Shown: piece by piece, positions 1 through 12,066 of the stretch | How the letters are laid out: every line of letters starts with the position of its first letter | How positions within the stretch are numbered: the first letter of the stretch is position 1 | Source of the DNA: Raja brachyura | Lineage: Eukaryota | Reading direction: 5' to 3' | Length of the DNA: 64,000 nucleotides | Assembly (NCBI GenBank): GCA_963514005.1 | Contig: OY740783.1 | Coordinates: forward strand, 74,462,001 to 74,526,000 | Notes under the pieces: generated by a model | Told to the model about the DNA's origin: nothing | The model's database searches: none | What the model saw: only the letters and a program-made list of their open reading frames with translations | Translations under genes and position numbers: made by a program

Positions 1-274
1 GACCACTGAACTTGCTACTGTGTTTCACCACAGCTCTGAAACATTGAACGAGGAGCCTGTTGCATTTTGCATCCGAGTCCTCAATTTTACAGCAGTCGTG
101 ACTGGGGATCAAGCAACAGACAATAGGGGCAGGAGTAGACCATTCGGCCCTTCATAGCAATAAATTCTTTAGAAATGGGTCACCAAATGCGTCCCTATTT
201 TTTAGAAATGGATCACCAAATGCGTCACAAAGCGACGATTTTGTAGTTTATGGCCCCTTTTTTTTAAACAGGCG

Positions 275-470
275 GCAGGATGTACATAGTTTGTATGTTC
301 TCCCTGAGGCCACGTGGGTTTTCACCGGGTGCTCTGGTTTCCTCCCACACTTCAAAGACGTACAGGTTTGTAGGTTAATTGGCTAGTGTATATACGAGCA
401 TCGCTGGTCAGCGTGGACGTGGTGAGCAGAAGGCCCTGGTTCCACGCTGTGTATCTGAACAAAACTAAAA
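275..470 (+). mobile_element. HE1/V-SINE-like SINE, 5'-truncated
   Basis: V-domain-like core (tgttctccctg..cgtgggttt..ccgggtgctctggtttcctcccacac..caaagacgtacaggtttgtaggttaattggc) followed by a CR1-type 3' tail ending in aaactaaa; the same sequence recurs many times in the window. Confidence 0.8.
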
Positions 471-2245
471 TTTGTTATTTTCATTCTTTGCTTTTAATTG
501 AAATCATACCATGTTTTTAACAACATTCATTTTATCTCTTTAGATTTCCAGCATTTTTTTCACTTATTTCAATTCTGGCCTGTTTAAAATGTTTTAAACA
601 TCTCTGAATATAATGCTGATAAGCCCCTTTGATAGCAATGAGCAGTCAAGGTCCATGCGGCAGGTACTGGTAGGATCAGTGTTGGATTCTGCTGCCTGAG
701 TTCAAGTTGCTGCACAGGCCACTCAAGTTCAGGAGCAACACACGCATGGCCCACACAGAAGGTGTGGCCACAGCATTGGTGTTGGGCCTTTAGCAGGCAG
801 TGGGTTGGATTTAATTGATCCAAACTGTGCCAATCTTCTGAACAAAATATCCATTTGACCCTAACGCATTGTTTTCACTATAAGTTTCTCCTTCAAATAT
901 TATTGACCTTTTTATTCAATTTGTTAGCAGTTCTTTGATTTACAGTATATCATACAATTTGGCAACAATCAGGATAAAACATTATGATTAATATTTAGGG
1001 TACGCCCGATGACTGATTTTAGACCTAAAGAATCAAGATATGTCATGTGTGTAAAATTTGAGTTTTTCTCATAAAATTGGAACATCTTTTGCATGGGATT
1101 TTATCTGGGATCTTTGACTCCCAGAACTATGTAATATGAAACCCCTTCTATCGTTCAGGAATGAAATGGAACTCCCTGATATTTATTATATTCATAGCAA
1201 TATAGAATAGTATTTCTTAAAGGACTATAGTATTTTATTGAGAAAAATTATTAAGATCCACCTTATCTGGACATCCACCAAAGTATCAACTTTAAAGATT
1301 GAATTCGAGTGCAAATAAAGCAAAACATGTTTTTAAAGAAAACTTCATGAATTCAGCCTTTATCTTCTTAAAAAGCAATGCCAATTACTCTTTAATGTGC
1401 TTCAACAAATGCTGGAATAATTCAGGCAATATTTTGATCTGTTTTCCCACAGGAAAAACATTAAATCAGCTTTAACAAATCCACAGTATGCTAAGGAATG
1501 TAATTTATACAACTATCTTGGTTCAGTGAACATGACTGATATTTTGCACAATATGTTTAGAAATGCAGATTATCTAGATAGCTGATCAGCCTCACAATTT
1601 TCTGACTTCATGTATTCGCTTAATTGTCACGTTTTCGCTTCCCTCATATTTCACTAGTAAACATGACAATACCTTCAATTAAACTTGAGACGTCTGAGAG
1701 GAAACTGGGAGATTGTGCAATTTATAGTGTTGTAGTTATTGTGTTTTGGTAAATTTCTTTTAAGTACAATGTAGATTCATCTGTAAAATTGTGCTATTTA
1801 TAGTATCATTTCATTACGTCATGTTACTAGCTTCCTTTTTTGAGAACAGTGTGTATTTCTCTGTGCATGCCCTACATTTCAGCTCCAACAATAAATCAGT
1901 CATTGTTTTCTGAAATCCCAAAAAAATCTGGTTGCCAGAGATCCGAAGTAAAAAAGAAAAGATGCTGTAAACAGCCAATAGATATTTGCATTGCAAAATC
2001 TGTAGAAAGAGTTAGTATTTCAAGTTTAAAATTTTGCATTAGAACTGGGGAAATGTTGATTTGATTTGCAGCCTTTGGGACTCAAACAATTTCAGATATA
2101 ACGTTTTTTTTGTATCAGATCTGCTCAGTAAGGTTACCAATCTGTAATATCATTTACGTTTTCCCATTGTTAGAGTCATACAACACAGCAACAGACCCTT
2201 CAGCCCAACCCGTCAACATGGGGATCTGCTGGGCGTTTATCATGT

Positions 2246-2434
2246 NNNNNNNNNNNNNNNNNNNNNNNNNNNNNNNNNNNNNNNNNNNNNNNNNNNNNNN
2301 NNNNNNNNNNNNNNNNNNNNNNNNNNNNNNNNNNNNNNNNNNNNNNNNNNNNNNNNNNNNNNNNNNNNNNNNNNNNNNNNNNNNNNNNNNNNNNNNNNNN
2401 NNNNNNNNNNNNNNNNNNNNNNNNNNNNNNNNNN
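2246..2434. other. assembly gap (189 N)
   Basis: Run of N. Confidence 0.99.
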
Positions 2435-4169
2435 GTAAGATGGCAGCCCTGACATTGTCTTATTATTTTATCTCTCACTTCCCCCATCCTCTGCAAAGTA
2501 AAATAAATGTGTTTTCTTACCTTCCCAGTTCTGTTGAAGGATCTTTGAAGACAAATGTCGTCTTGTTCTACAGACGATGCCTGATGTATGAATATTTTTA
2601 GACATTGCTTTGTTATGCTCAGGAGTGAATTCATCATTAATGAAATATACAAGAGCTAACGATAGTAGTTAGGTGCCCAATATTGAAAGCATCTACATAA
2701 GGTGGTGGCATTCATCATCAACGATCGCCACCCACCAATCCAATTCTATAATTTATGCATGTGCATTATCCGCTGACAGATATCTCAAAAACATTCATTG
2801 AGCAACTCCTGAAGGCCAAAGCCCCCAAATTCACTTTATTGCAATTACTGAGCAATTGTACATGTGGGATAAGTCTATTTGGCAACTTTCTTACCTATCG
2901 ACCTTTCCAGATGCATCTATCAATAACAGTATTCATAAGAATACCAGCCATGCCCTGTCCTTACCCAGGGGCCAGCCGTCCTCATTCTGTATGGCACTGA
3001 GATCATTCTGATTCAGAGCAGATCTGATGGCTTAAAACTGGGCACCCATGTGCTATAACTGATCAGTAGCAGCTACAGAAATGTGCATCTCCATAATTTG
3101 TAACCCTGCCATGTATATCCTCACTCAATCATCACAATCAAACCAGGGGATCATCCCTGGTCCTACAAGGCATTTCCAACATCAAAAGAACTGAACAGGA
3201 GTGTATGAGTGCACCTGCAAAGGCAGGGACATGGTAGCCATCTTCATGCATGCCCTATTTGCTTCCTCCACTCACACATCATGTTATCTTATCCATAAAT
3301 GCACTGAAATGCCTTGCTTAAGTTACTCTCTCAACTCTGTCCTAACCCACAATTTTCATTAAGTGTGCAAGAACAGCAGCTGTATTAGGACATCATCACC
3401 ATCTGTGGGCCCTCCACAATTTGCACACAAGCCTGTATTGGAGATATATTTTGTTGTTTCTTCATGGCTGGGTCTAACTTTGAGTTGTCCCAACCAAATG
3501 TAATAGGAGTATCTTCACAGTAGGAGTGCAGCGGTTGAAACATGTGGCTGGACATTGCTTTAGCAAGGACAGTCGGGCAGGAATAAATATTGGCCTTGCC
3601 AGTAATTCGTACATCCCAAAAACTAATTAAATATAGAAGTAGAATTAAAATGTTTCATCAGTAATTGGTGGACCATGTGTACTGTATATCATATGACTGT
3701 TCAAAGTGCTTAATCATCAACAAAGCTTTATCAACAAAGTATATTTTTGAATATTTAAAATAATTACTGGCTATAGTTATGGTGGATTTATATAGTATTC
3801 TATAACAAACACCCAGGTCCCATCACTGCTTAGTGCAGAGTTACTTGTACCCAATGTATTTTAACTTGTCAACATTAAGTTCTTAATTTGGCTTACAAAA
3901 TAGAGTACTGATCATGGTCTCAGTTCCGCTGTCAGAGCCATAGGGAAAGGCAGAGGGTAATAATGATGGATAAAATGAATAACTTAAGGCTTAAACCTGC
4001 TAGAAAGGTTTCTCAGAAACAAACTGCTATCATTTGTTCTCTTTGTTGATTCAGGCAGAGCATTCAGTTTTCAAATGCCGAGTTGGTATTCTATGACAAC
4101 GGTACTTATGCATAACATGAATTTATAGTTTTCTTGGGCATCTCTCAAATTTATAAAATGTAACGTTTC

Positions 4170-4340
4170 AAGAGAGAGTTAGCTTTAGCTCGTAGGGCTA
4201 AAGGAATCAAGGGATACGAGGGGAAAAGCAGGAACGAGGTACTGATTTTAGATCAGCCATGATCATATTGAATGGATGCGCTGGCTTGACGGGGCCGAAT
4301 GGCCTACTCCTGCACCTATTTTTCTGTATGTCTGTTTCCA
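4170..4340 (+). mobile_element. CR1 LINE 3' terminal fragment
   Basis: ttcaagagagagttag...gatcagccatgatcatattgaatgg...ggccgaatggcctactcctgcacctatt matches the 3' ends of the longer CR1 copies in this window. Confidence 0.75.
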
Positions 4341-5633
4341 TGATGTGTTGGAGAAATATACAGGCCAATTTTTTTTTTTTCTCTCGTTTGTTTCTAACCC
4401 AACTTTGGAGACCTTCTAATATAGTCTAATATACTGTAGTTCAATGAAGCACATTGCAAAGATACAGTATGTTAGAACAGTAATTTTGATAATGCTGGAC
4501 ATGATTATGCTATTTAATCATTTAATTACATTTAGCATTAGGTCTAGTTATCTCATAATGTTTCACTTGTCAAATTGTTCCTATCCAATTTAGATTTGTA
4601 ATATAGCCTTCCCCACCGCATAGCCCCATTTTTCATTAAATTTAAATTTAGATTGACTGTTTTTCAAGTAAAAATAGAGATAATTGTTATTGAAGGAGGC
4701 TGTTCATCCTGTAATCGACTTCTTGTGTAAATACTCAGTCATACATTACAGAAACATGCCCTTTGGTGCAACTTGTCCATGCCAAACAAGATGCCAAGAT
4801 GCCAATGTAAGCAATACTTGACAGTATTATCTTTGACAATAAAGGAAACTGAACAAGATTCAAATTTGTTCTAAGCCCCAGAGCTGGCCTGACACAGTCC
4901 AGATTCTATAGGATAAGGCTCTATAGGATGTGGCTCTTGCCTAATGAGACCTGTGTCTACTGGGAGGTTTTATTCCATTCAGAACAAAACACTGAGGTGG
5001 AATTTCATTATTCCATTTTTAAAAATCAAATAATTTCATGTGAACAAATTGGAAAATCTTTTTCCCTCTTGTGACATAATTGTCGCTTACATTCTTGCTC
5101 AAATTAAAATGAAGATGAATCTTAGATTAAAACCACTGCCTTCAAATGTCAATGCCCAAAGTTCTGAACTCTTTCCCTAAACCTCTCCTCCTCACTATCT
5201 TTCCTTCCTGCTTTAATATATCTGCACAAAAAACTAAAAATACATCTGTACAAAAAACTAAAACAATATGAACTTAATCTATGAAAAATAGGTGACTATG
5301 TTTTAAAGCTAGCTCTCCTCAAGCTTTTGGTCATCTCCACCCAATATATCCTAATATCTATTATATTAATTTAACTGAATTGAATAAATTGTCATGGTTC
5401 AAAACTAAGGTGATATGAAGACATGTTTATCAGGCTGGGAATCTAGTTTGTTTTGTCTGTCTCACAGGAATAATTTTGAATCAATCCATTAGTTTTAGAA
5501 CCGGAATTAACCTGAAACTAAAGCATACAGTATAAATGATAAACCTGACCAATTAAGGTAGTAAGTGACCGCCTAAATCGAGATCCAAATTTTGATGGAT
5601 CACCCTGCTAAACATAATCTGTTATATTACCTT

Positions 5634-6219
5634 TGTTACGAAATATAAGCAAGTTTCAAGGATTCGATGAATGAATGGAGAAACAAGATTTAGGAGTACA
5701 AACAACTAACTAGATTTATTGTCAAAATACTGAAAGATTATCAATAAAGTAACGTTGCACATCTCTCTGTGCATCTGAGGCTCCTGTCTACGATCACTGG
5801 CCTGCAGGCATTGAGAGTCCTGACAGTGGCACACACCATGGTCCAAGCTCTCCCCCTCCCCCACAGCACAGTCCTTCAGTCTCTCCACAAAGGTAAAGTT
5901 CCAAACAGCTCGGTTGAAGCATTTACTTATATAATAGCATAAGCTTGCGTTTCTACCTTAATCTAAGAAAAATAAGTGATTATGTTTTCAAACTAGCTAT
6001 CTTCCTTAGTGGCAAACAAGTAAGTTAATTGTCGTATCACATGCCGAGCTAGTCTCTCAGAAGGCAAATCTTATCTTGCAGGTGGCCTCATGACCGGTCC
6101 TAAGTTAGCCTAAGCATCTTTCCAAAACATCTAATTGTTTACCTAACTAAGGCTTGACAAGTGGTGCTGTTAATTTAGCAGGCAACTCCTTTTAGCTGAC
6201 AGTCTGTTTAACCCTTACA
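5634..6219 (-). repeat. 3' LTR of the ERV
   Basis: TGTTACG...CTTACA termini; aligns by eye with 11017-12066 (e.g. the shared block taagttagcctaagcatcYttccaaaacatctaattgttt); purine tract AAAGGGTGGAA just upstream on the - strand (6225-6235). Confidence 0.85.
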
Positions 6220-6439
6220 TTATATTCCACCCTTTGAAGTTGTCAGTCTAAAGCTTTTGTCTAGCGACATGTTACTGTGTATACAAGTACAAGCAGGAAT
6301 AGTCGAAAGTTGAGAAATATGTCCATTCCAGAAGAGTGATAGTCTTTGTGTGTTGATCTTCTCTCTTCGCATTCATTACAATCTTGTCCTGGTACAGTCA
6401 TCTGATTCAGTTGTCACTCCAGAACAGTCACAAACACTT

Positions 6440-6572
6440 GTAGGATGGAACTGCAGATGCTGGTTTAAACCGAAGATAGACACAAAATGCTGGAGTAACT
6501 CAGCGGGACAGGCACCATCTCTGGAGAGAATTAATGGGTGATGTTTCGGTGCGAGACCCTTCTTCACTCTGA
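6440..6572 (-). mobile_element. Penelope-like element 3' tail with degenerate hammerhead motif
   Basis: gaactgcagatgctggtttaaac...tgctggagtaactcagcgggacaggca is the reverse complement of the tail of the PLE at 57230-58495. Confidence 0.75.
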
Positions 6573-6840
6573 TGTCCACAGTCTAACATCCATGGTTTAT
6601 CTGTAAAAAAAAAAGTAACAACTGCTCTTATACTCTGTAAAATGTATTTTACTTGCATTGTGTATGTTTTCCCGATTCTAAACAAACTGATACTGACTGT
6701 CCCTATATTAAAATTGAAAATGCATTATCTTGCCCATCTGCAAAAATGTCAGCAATTTGCAGAGGGTAATTTGGGTAGTGTACCCAAAACCTCACACCAA
6801 TGGCATTTTGGAAGCTGGGGCATGAGCGGGAATAGGCGTG

Positions 6841-7842
6841 AAGTTGTTGTTGGTGTTCATCACCTTCTGTATCGCTGATCTGCTGATTGGGGCGATAGTT
6901 CAGGTTGTAAAAAAGCCTGAGGCAAAACAGTCATCATTCTAATGTAGAGGTAGCAATAGATAATAGGTACAGGAGCAGGCCATTTGGCCCTTCAAGCCAT
7001 CACTGCCATTCAATGTGATCATGGCTGATAATCCCCAATCAGTATCCCTTTCTTGCCTTCTCCCCCATATCCCCTGACTCTGCTATTTTTAAGAACCCTA
7101 TCTTGCTCTCTCTTAAAAGCATCCAGAGAACCTGCCTCCACTGCCTTCTGAGGCAGAGAATTCCACAGACTCGCCACTCTCTGTGAGAAAAGGTGTTTCC
7201 TTGTCTCCGTTCTAAATGGCTTACTCCTTATTCTTAAACTGTGGCCCCTGGTTCTGGACTCCCCCAACATCGGGAACATGTTTCCTGCCTCTAGTGTGTC
7301 CAAGCCCTTAACAACCTTATGTTTCATTGAGATCCCATCCTTCTAAACTCCAGAGTGTACAAGCCCAGCTGCTCCATTCTCTCAGCATATGACAGTCCCG
7401 CCACCCCGGGAATTAACCTTGTAACCTACGCTGTATTCCCTCAATAGCAAGAATGTCCTTCCTCAAATTAGGGCACACAATACACCTAGTCTCACTAGGG
7501 CTCTGTACAACTGCAGAAGGACCTCTTTGCCCCTATATTTGAATCCTCTTGTTATAAAGGCCGACATGCCATTCGCTTTCTTCACTGCCTGATGTACAAG
7601 GACCCCCTGATCCCGTTGTACTTCCCCTTTTCCCAACTTGACACCATTTAGATAGTAATCTGCCTTCCTGTTTTTGCTACCAAAGTGGATAACCTCACAT
7701 TTATCCGCATTAAACTTCATCTGCCATGCATCTGCCCATTCCCCCAACCTGTCCAAGTCACCCTGCATTCTCAGAGCATCCTCCTCACAGTTCACAATGC
7801 CACCCAGCTTTGTGTCATCTGCAAATTTGCTAATGTTACTTT
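6841..7842 (-). mobile_element. CR1 LINE, 5'-truncated, with an extra ~115 bp 3' extension, inserted into the ERV integrase
   Basis: ORFs 7463-7795 and 7019-7327 (LQGDLDRLGEWADAWQMKFNADKCEVIHFG; SRTRGHSLRI..FSQRV.SLWNSLP) are the CR1 ORF2 C-terminus. Confidence 0.9.
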
Positions 7843-7844
7843 GA

Positions 7845-8345
7845 GCGTAGGCGTAAGATGCTTAATCTGTTCCTTAATCAGGTCATTCACCCTCTCAATC
7901 AGGCCTGATGCTTGGAGTTAGTAGGGGATGTGTAACAGCCAATACACACCATTACCAGACGCTCATCCTCGCACCCTCTGTCTTCACAAGTGGGATCCGT
8001 TATCACACTGTATTTCAAGAGGGTCGCTTGTGGTCAGCTAAAAGCTGTTGTATTGTCCTGGTCATCTTTGACAGAAGAAATAACCATCAAAAGCCCAGTA
8101 AGTGGCCACCATCTTTAAAAGATATTGGTTACTTTGCTGCAGGAGAAGTGGACCAATGTAGTCAATCTGCCAAAACTGTGCAGGGCTGCTCCCTTGCTTA
8201 ATGTGTGCCATATGTCATTTAAACACACACACACACTCATTTGTGTCCACAAATGGCACACACACTTTAAATCTGGCAAAAGAGAGTGGTGTTTACCCCA
8301 TTCTACAGTATCTTGAATTCCTAAATATCTGGACATGTCATCTGC
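7845..8345 (-). pseudogene. ERV integrase remnant
   Basis: Manual - strand translation across frameshifts gives FWQIDYIGPL, PLEIQCDNGSH and WLLHIPY*LQASGLIERVNDLIKEQIK, i.e. the D,D,E core. Confidence 0.88.
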
Positions 8346-8357
8346 CCTTACACAAGG

Positions 8358-8388
<31 letters not shown>

Positions 8389-8419
8389 CGTCTGTTCTTC
8401 ATTTATGGTTTTGCCCGAT

Positions 8420-9240
8420 GGGCTTTCCAGCGATGTTCATGTCATTCTCTTCTACTTCGCTAACCAAATAGCCACGCTCTTGGCAACAGCCCAGACATCA
8501 GTGGAGATATGAGCATCTTCTTCCAGTATCAGTTGGACTGTGGCCATTTCTGCACATTGGCTGGCTCCTGCAGAGTCCTTTTGCTGTATAATAGTCTGAG
8601 TATCAGGGTTAAAAGCTGCTGCCTTCCAGCATTGCCTTCCGCTCTTGTACACAGCAGAGAAATCCATGAAGCATGCACGTCCTTGCTGAGCAGGCGATAG
8701 TCTGCTCAGTAGCACCCCCAATGTAATTGGCAAAACTGGCAAGGTAGGCAGTTTCAGAAACCAGCTCATGTCATTCGCTGACACCGTTCATGCCTTGGGC
8801 AGGTCTTTCAGCAATGTACCAATTCCATTTAACAACATCAGGCACTGCAGCTGTTAAAAATGGTTCTTGCTTATTCAACTGCCAATAGTAGTTGGTGAAT
8901 GACAATCGACTATCAGATTTCTTAACTGCTCAGACTGGGCTATTGTCGCAGAAACAGCAGGTTAGATGATCCCTGCCTAGAAGTCGGTCTGTACGTTCTC
9001 CAATTTCTTTCTGACCACTCAGTGTGGAATATTGTTTTAAGCACATGACACAATGTGAGTTAGGACCAGGACATGTTCCCGTTTAGCATTGCCCACCACC
9101 ACTGTCACGCTCCGTATTCCACAAGAGAAATTTCCCAAAGTGGTCTGTGGAGTTGATCCCTTTAACAGATCCAAGCCCAGAAAGTTTTACACAGACAGTC
9201 TGTGGAACACTTATCAATTGACAATCTAATAACTGTCCAT
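8420..9240 (-). pseudogene. ERV protease C-terminus, RT N-terminus, tether and RNase H remnants
   Basis: LGLDLLKG (protease end); KQYSTLSGQKEI..AGII*PAVS..NSPV*AVKKSD..LNKQEPFLTAAVPDVV (RT start) joined directly to KWNWYIAERPAQG (tether); ORF 8452-8784 ACFMDFSA..WKAAAFNP..ASQCAEM..ISTDVWAVAKSVAIWL (RNase H). Confidence 0.88.
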
Positions 9241-9423
9241 ACTGCATGAATGAGCACCCCCCCCCCCCCCCCCCCCCCAGGGTTTATTCCCTTGGATCTA
9301 ACAATGCCATTTCCCTCTGAACATTTCCCCCTTTCCGATAAGGTTATCTGTTCATGTAGCCTCAGGTCTCCATGTGATACTGTGGGGGTTGCTCCTCGTA
9401 ATTGAGCCTTGGAGCCCTAGACC

Positions 9424-9454
<31 letters not shown>

Positions 9455-9529
9455 ACCTCCACCCCCAGTCCCAGTCTAATGGGCGGCTGAGGCACCATGA
9501 TCGAAGAAGCTGTTCCAGGTCAGGATCAA

Positions 9530-10984
9530 GCTATATCATGGGAGGCACAAAGGATATCAATGCCTCTTCCTCCACCCCCTCCCCCTTTGTGATTTTTCCT
9601 GCCTGTGTCTGCCTTCTCTCACAATGCTGTCTCCAAAGGTCATAGAGTACCACAATGGGAAGACCATCAATCTTGTTTCTTTCCATCCCGGCTTTTAACA
9701 TTTCTTTTCTTGTAAGCCTCTGCTTATTCTTCCTTGTCCCCATGCTTCCTTTACTTGCAGTCACGTGTTGTCCCAGATTTACCTTGGCTGCTTTAGTTTT
9801 AACCTGCTTCACCTCCACTTCCTCCAGTTCTGCAAGCATATTAGCAACCTCTGCTACAGTCTTCCCTTTTGCCGGCCCAAGCATAACCAACAAAATGCTA
9901 CACAAATAGGCAGGCACTGTTCTAATCAGACGGCTACACATGCCGCTGGTGAACCTTTCAGCCTCAGGACCTGCAAAATGCTGCCCTTTGAGAAGCCATG
10001 TCCTGTAACATTGAAATTGCTTCTCGAGCTGTGCGCCAGGGCTGGGGTTCTGATTCCCAGTCCATGGGATAGCGGTCCTTTAGGGCCTGGGTGATCCAGT
10101 ATGAGAGATAATGTGGCCCTGCATCGGCACGCATTGCTGCCACAATAAGTGGATCTGTACTTCATGTACCCATGCATCTTACTGCTGTCTCTTTTAAATG
10201 CATCTGGCCAACAGCCTGATCTCACAGCCAGGTGAGCCAAGTAGCCAGATGCTCACTGGGTTGCTGTTTCATCCTGGCTCCGAACACTTGTAATTCTGTG
10301 GCACTATAATTCTCGACAGTAGTTAATGTGGTTTCAACCTCTGAATCCAGTTACTTATTTCCCTCCGTTCAGCCTTAACTTTGGTTTGGACTGTGGAACT
10401 GGCTCATACTATCAGTGTATTGTCCTCTTCTTCCCCCTCTGTCCATTCTCTGTGTGACTCATCTGAGTGCCATACATCCCACCCCTGTTGTCAGGGTCCC
10501 AGTCATCTTGTGATAACAGAGCATGCACTTTTGCTGCTCCCACCTGCCACTCCTTATTTAATTGATTTTGCTGTTTAACCATAGTTAATTTACTGGTGGT
10601 ATCAATTTGTTTCAATTCCTCCTTCTCTGCCCGTTCCTGTGCTGCCTTTGCTGTCTCAGTCAGGGTCAAGCAGTGTCTTTCCAAGGCTTTCCGACTCTTT
10701 CCTTAATCTTTCAATTTCAATTTCATATTTTTCCAATAACGACACTCTGCTGCCATTCCAATTGTGGGAGATCCTCTTTCTTTTTGGGCAAATCTATTCT
10801 CTCCAAACATTTAATAATCAAGTATGGTAGTTTTGCTGGTTTATCCTTTAACTCTCTCTCCCAATACTTAGGAAGTCCCCATTCAGCTAGCACATTGGCC
10901 AAAATACCATAAGCTTCAGAATTATCTATCCATCCCAGCACCCAAAAGGTCTCGGGATGTGTATCTTCAATCCTCTTTCTCCAT
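9530..10984 (-). pseudogene. ERV gag remnant
   Basis: Frameshifted pieces: GILANVLAEWGLPKYW, a coiled-coil segment, KVHALLSQDDWDPDN (cf. ERV-L/MaLR KVRALIGKEWDP), LTRKEMLKAGMERNKIDGLPIVVLYDLWRQ (cf. ERV-L gag C-terminus). Confidence 0.8.
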
Positions 10985-10995
10985 GTTTTCACCGA

Positions 10996-11013
10996 ATCCT
11001 GTTGGCTACACCA
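10996..11013 (-). promoter_or_regulatory. Primer binding site, tRNA-Ser type
   Basis: - strand TGGTGTAGCCAACAGGAT, 3 nt from the LTR end. The + strand (cga)atcctgttggctacacca matches a vertebrate tRNA-Ser 3' end as recalled (CGAATCCTGTCGGCTACGCCA), with both differences at CpG sites. Confidence 0.85.
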
Positions 11014-11016
11014 AAA

Positions 11017-12066
11017 TGTAACGAAATACAAGCAGGTTTCAAGGATTCGGATCATTGACTGGAGAATTGTCATTTTGAATAGCACAAACAACTATATTTA
11101 TTAAAACAAAATACTGGAAAATTATAAATTAAGTAAGTTTATTGGCCAAGTATTCACATACAAGGAATTTGCCTTGGTGCTCCGCCCACAAGTAATAACA
11201 TGACATACAGTGACAGTTACGAATGACTCCGAAAACACTAAACATTAATAATAATAAAACATTAATGATAAAACACCATTGATCAAGCATGTGAACCAAC
11301 AAAATACCAGATCTAAGATCAAAGGGAGGCTACAGATTTTTGGCTGTTGCGTAGAGCAACTACTCGTGGATAAAAACTGTTTTTATATCTGGCTGTGGCA
11401 GCTTCAACAATCCGGAGTCGCCTTCCAGAGGGAAGTGATTCAAAGAGTTTGTGGTGAGAGGGGTCAGAGATTATCTTGGCCGCTCGCTTCCTGGCCCTTG
11501 CAGTGTACAGTTCATCAATGGAGGGAAGAAAGTAACAAGCAATAAAGTCTCACGCCCCTTTGCACATCCGAGTCTCCAGAATGTGATGGCTGGCCTGAAG
11601 ACCTCAAGAGTCCTGACACCGTCTCCCCCTCTCTCCCTCTCTCCCTCTCTCCCTCCCCCAAAGGTGAGGTCCTTCTTTCTCTCCCCCGAAGGCGAAGTTC
11701 CCAGCAGCTCGGTCAAAGCATGCGCTTACATCACAAAATAAGTTTTGTTTTACCCAAATCTAAGAACAATAAATGACTATGCTTAATAAGTGACTATGCT
11801 CTATCCTCCTTTGTGCCAAAATCATGATTTATTTGTCATATCATTCGCTGAGCTAATCTCTGATGATTCTGGGAAAGGAAAAAAATATATCTTGGTGACC
11901 TTGTAAGAGGCCTCGTGGTTCACTGGTCCTTCTAAGTTAGCCTAAGCATCCTTCCAAAACATCTAATTGTTTTCCCAGCTAAGGCTTGACATGTGGTGCT
12001 GTTAATTTAGCTGACAACTCCATGTCTGTATAAAATGGAACTGACACTGTCTGTTCAACTCTTACA
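11017..12066 (-). repeat. 5' LTR of the ERV (contains a ~390 bp LINE-tail insertion)
   Basis: TGTAACG...CTTACA termini; adjacent to the PBS; homologous to 5634-6219 apart from the insert at ~11137-11529. Confidence 0.85.
11137..11529 (-). mobile_element. LINE 3' fragment (Rex1/L2-like) inserted in the 5' LTR
   Basis: Absent from the other LTR; flanked by aagtaa on both sides; AATAAA-containing tail on the - strand. Confidence 0.6.

Larger units (their letters stand above)
5634..12066 (-). mobile_element. Degraded class III (ERV-L/ERV-S-like) endogenous retrovirus: LTR-PBS-gag-pro-pol(RT deleted/RNase H/IN)-PPT-LTR
   Basis: Two homologous TG...CA LTRs (5634-6219 and 11017-12066), a tRNA-Ser PBS, a PPT, and decayed gag, protease, RT N-terminus, RNase H and integrase motifs in retroviral order on the - strand. 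Interrupted by CR1, Penelope-tail and Rex1-like insertions. Confidence 0.9.

Noticed and set aside
166-235. Short tandem duplication (ttttagaaatggRtcaccaaatgcgtc x2)
   Set aside because: Two copies only, no spacer array; ordinary local duplication, not CRISPR-like.
1300-2100. AT-rich non-repetitive stretch that might be a conserved non-coding element (also ~12950-13700)
   Set aside because: Cannot be supported without cross-species alignment.
2110-2652. ORFs spanning the N run
   Set aside because: Artefacts of the assembly gap.
6860-6945. Possible C/D-box snoRNA in the CR1 extension (ATGATGA, CTGA, GTGATGA on the - strand)
   Set aside because: No terminal D box or closing stem, and the C box is altered in the second copy.
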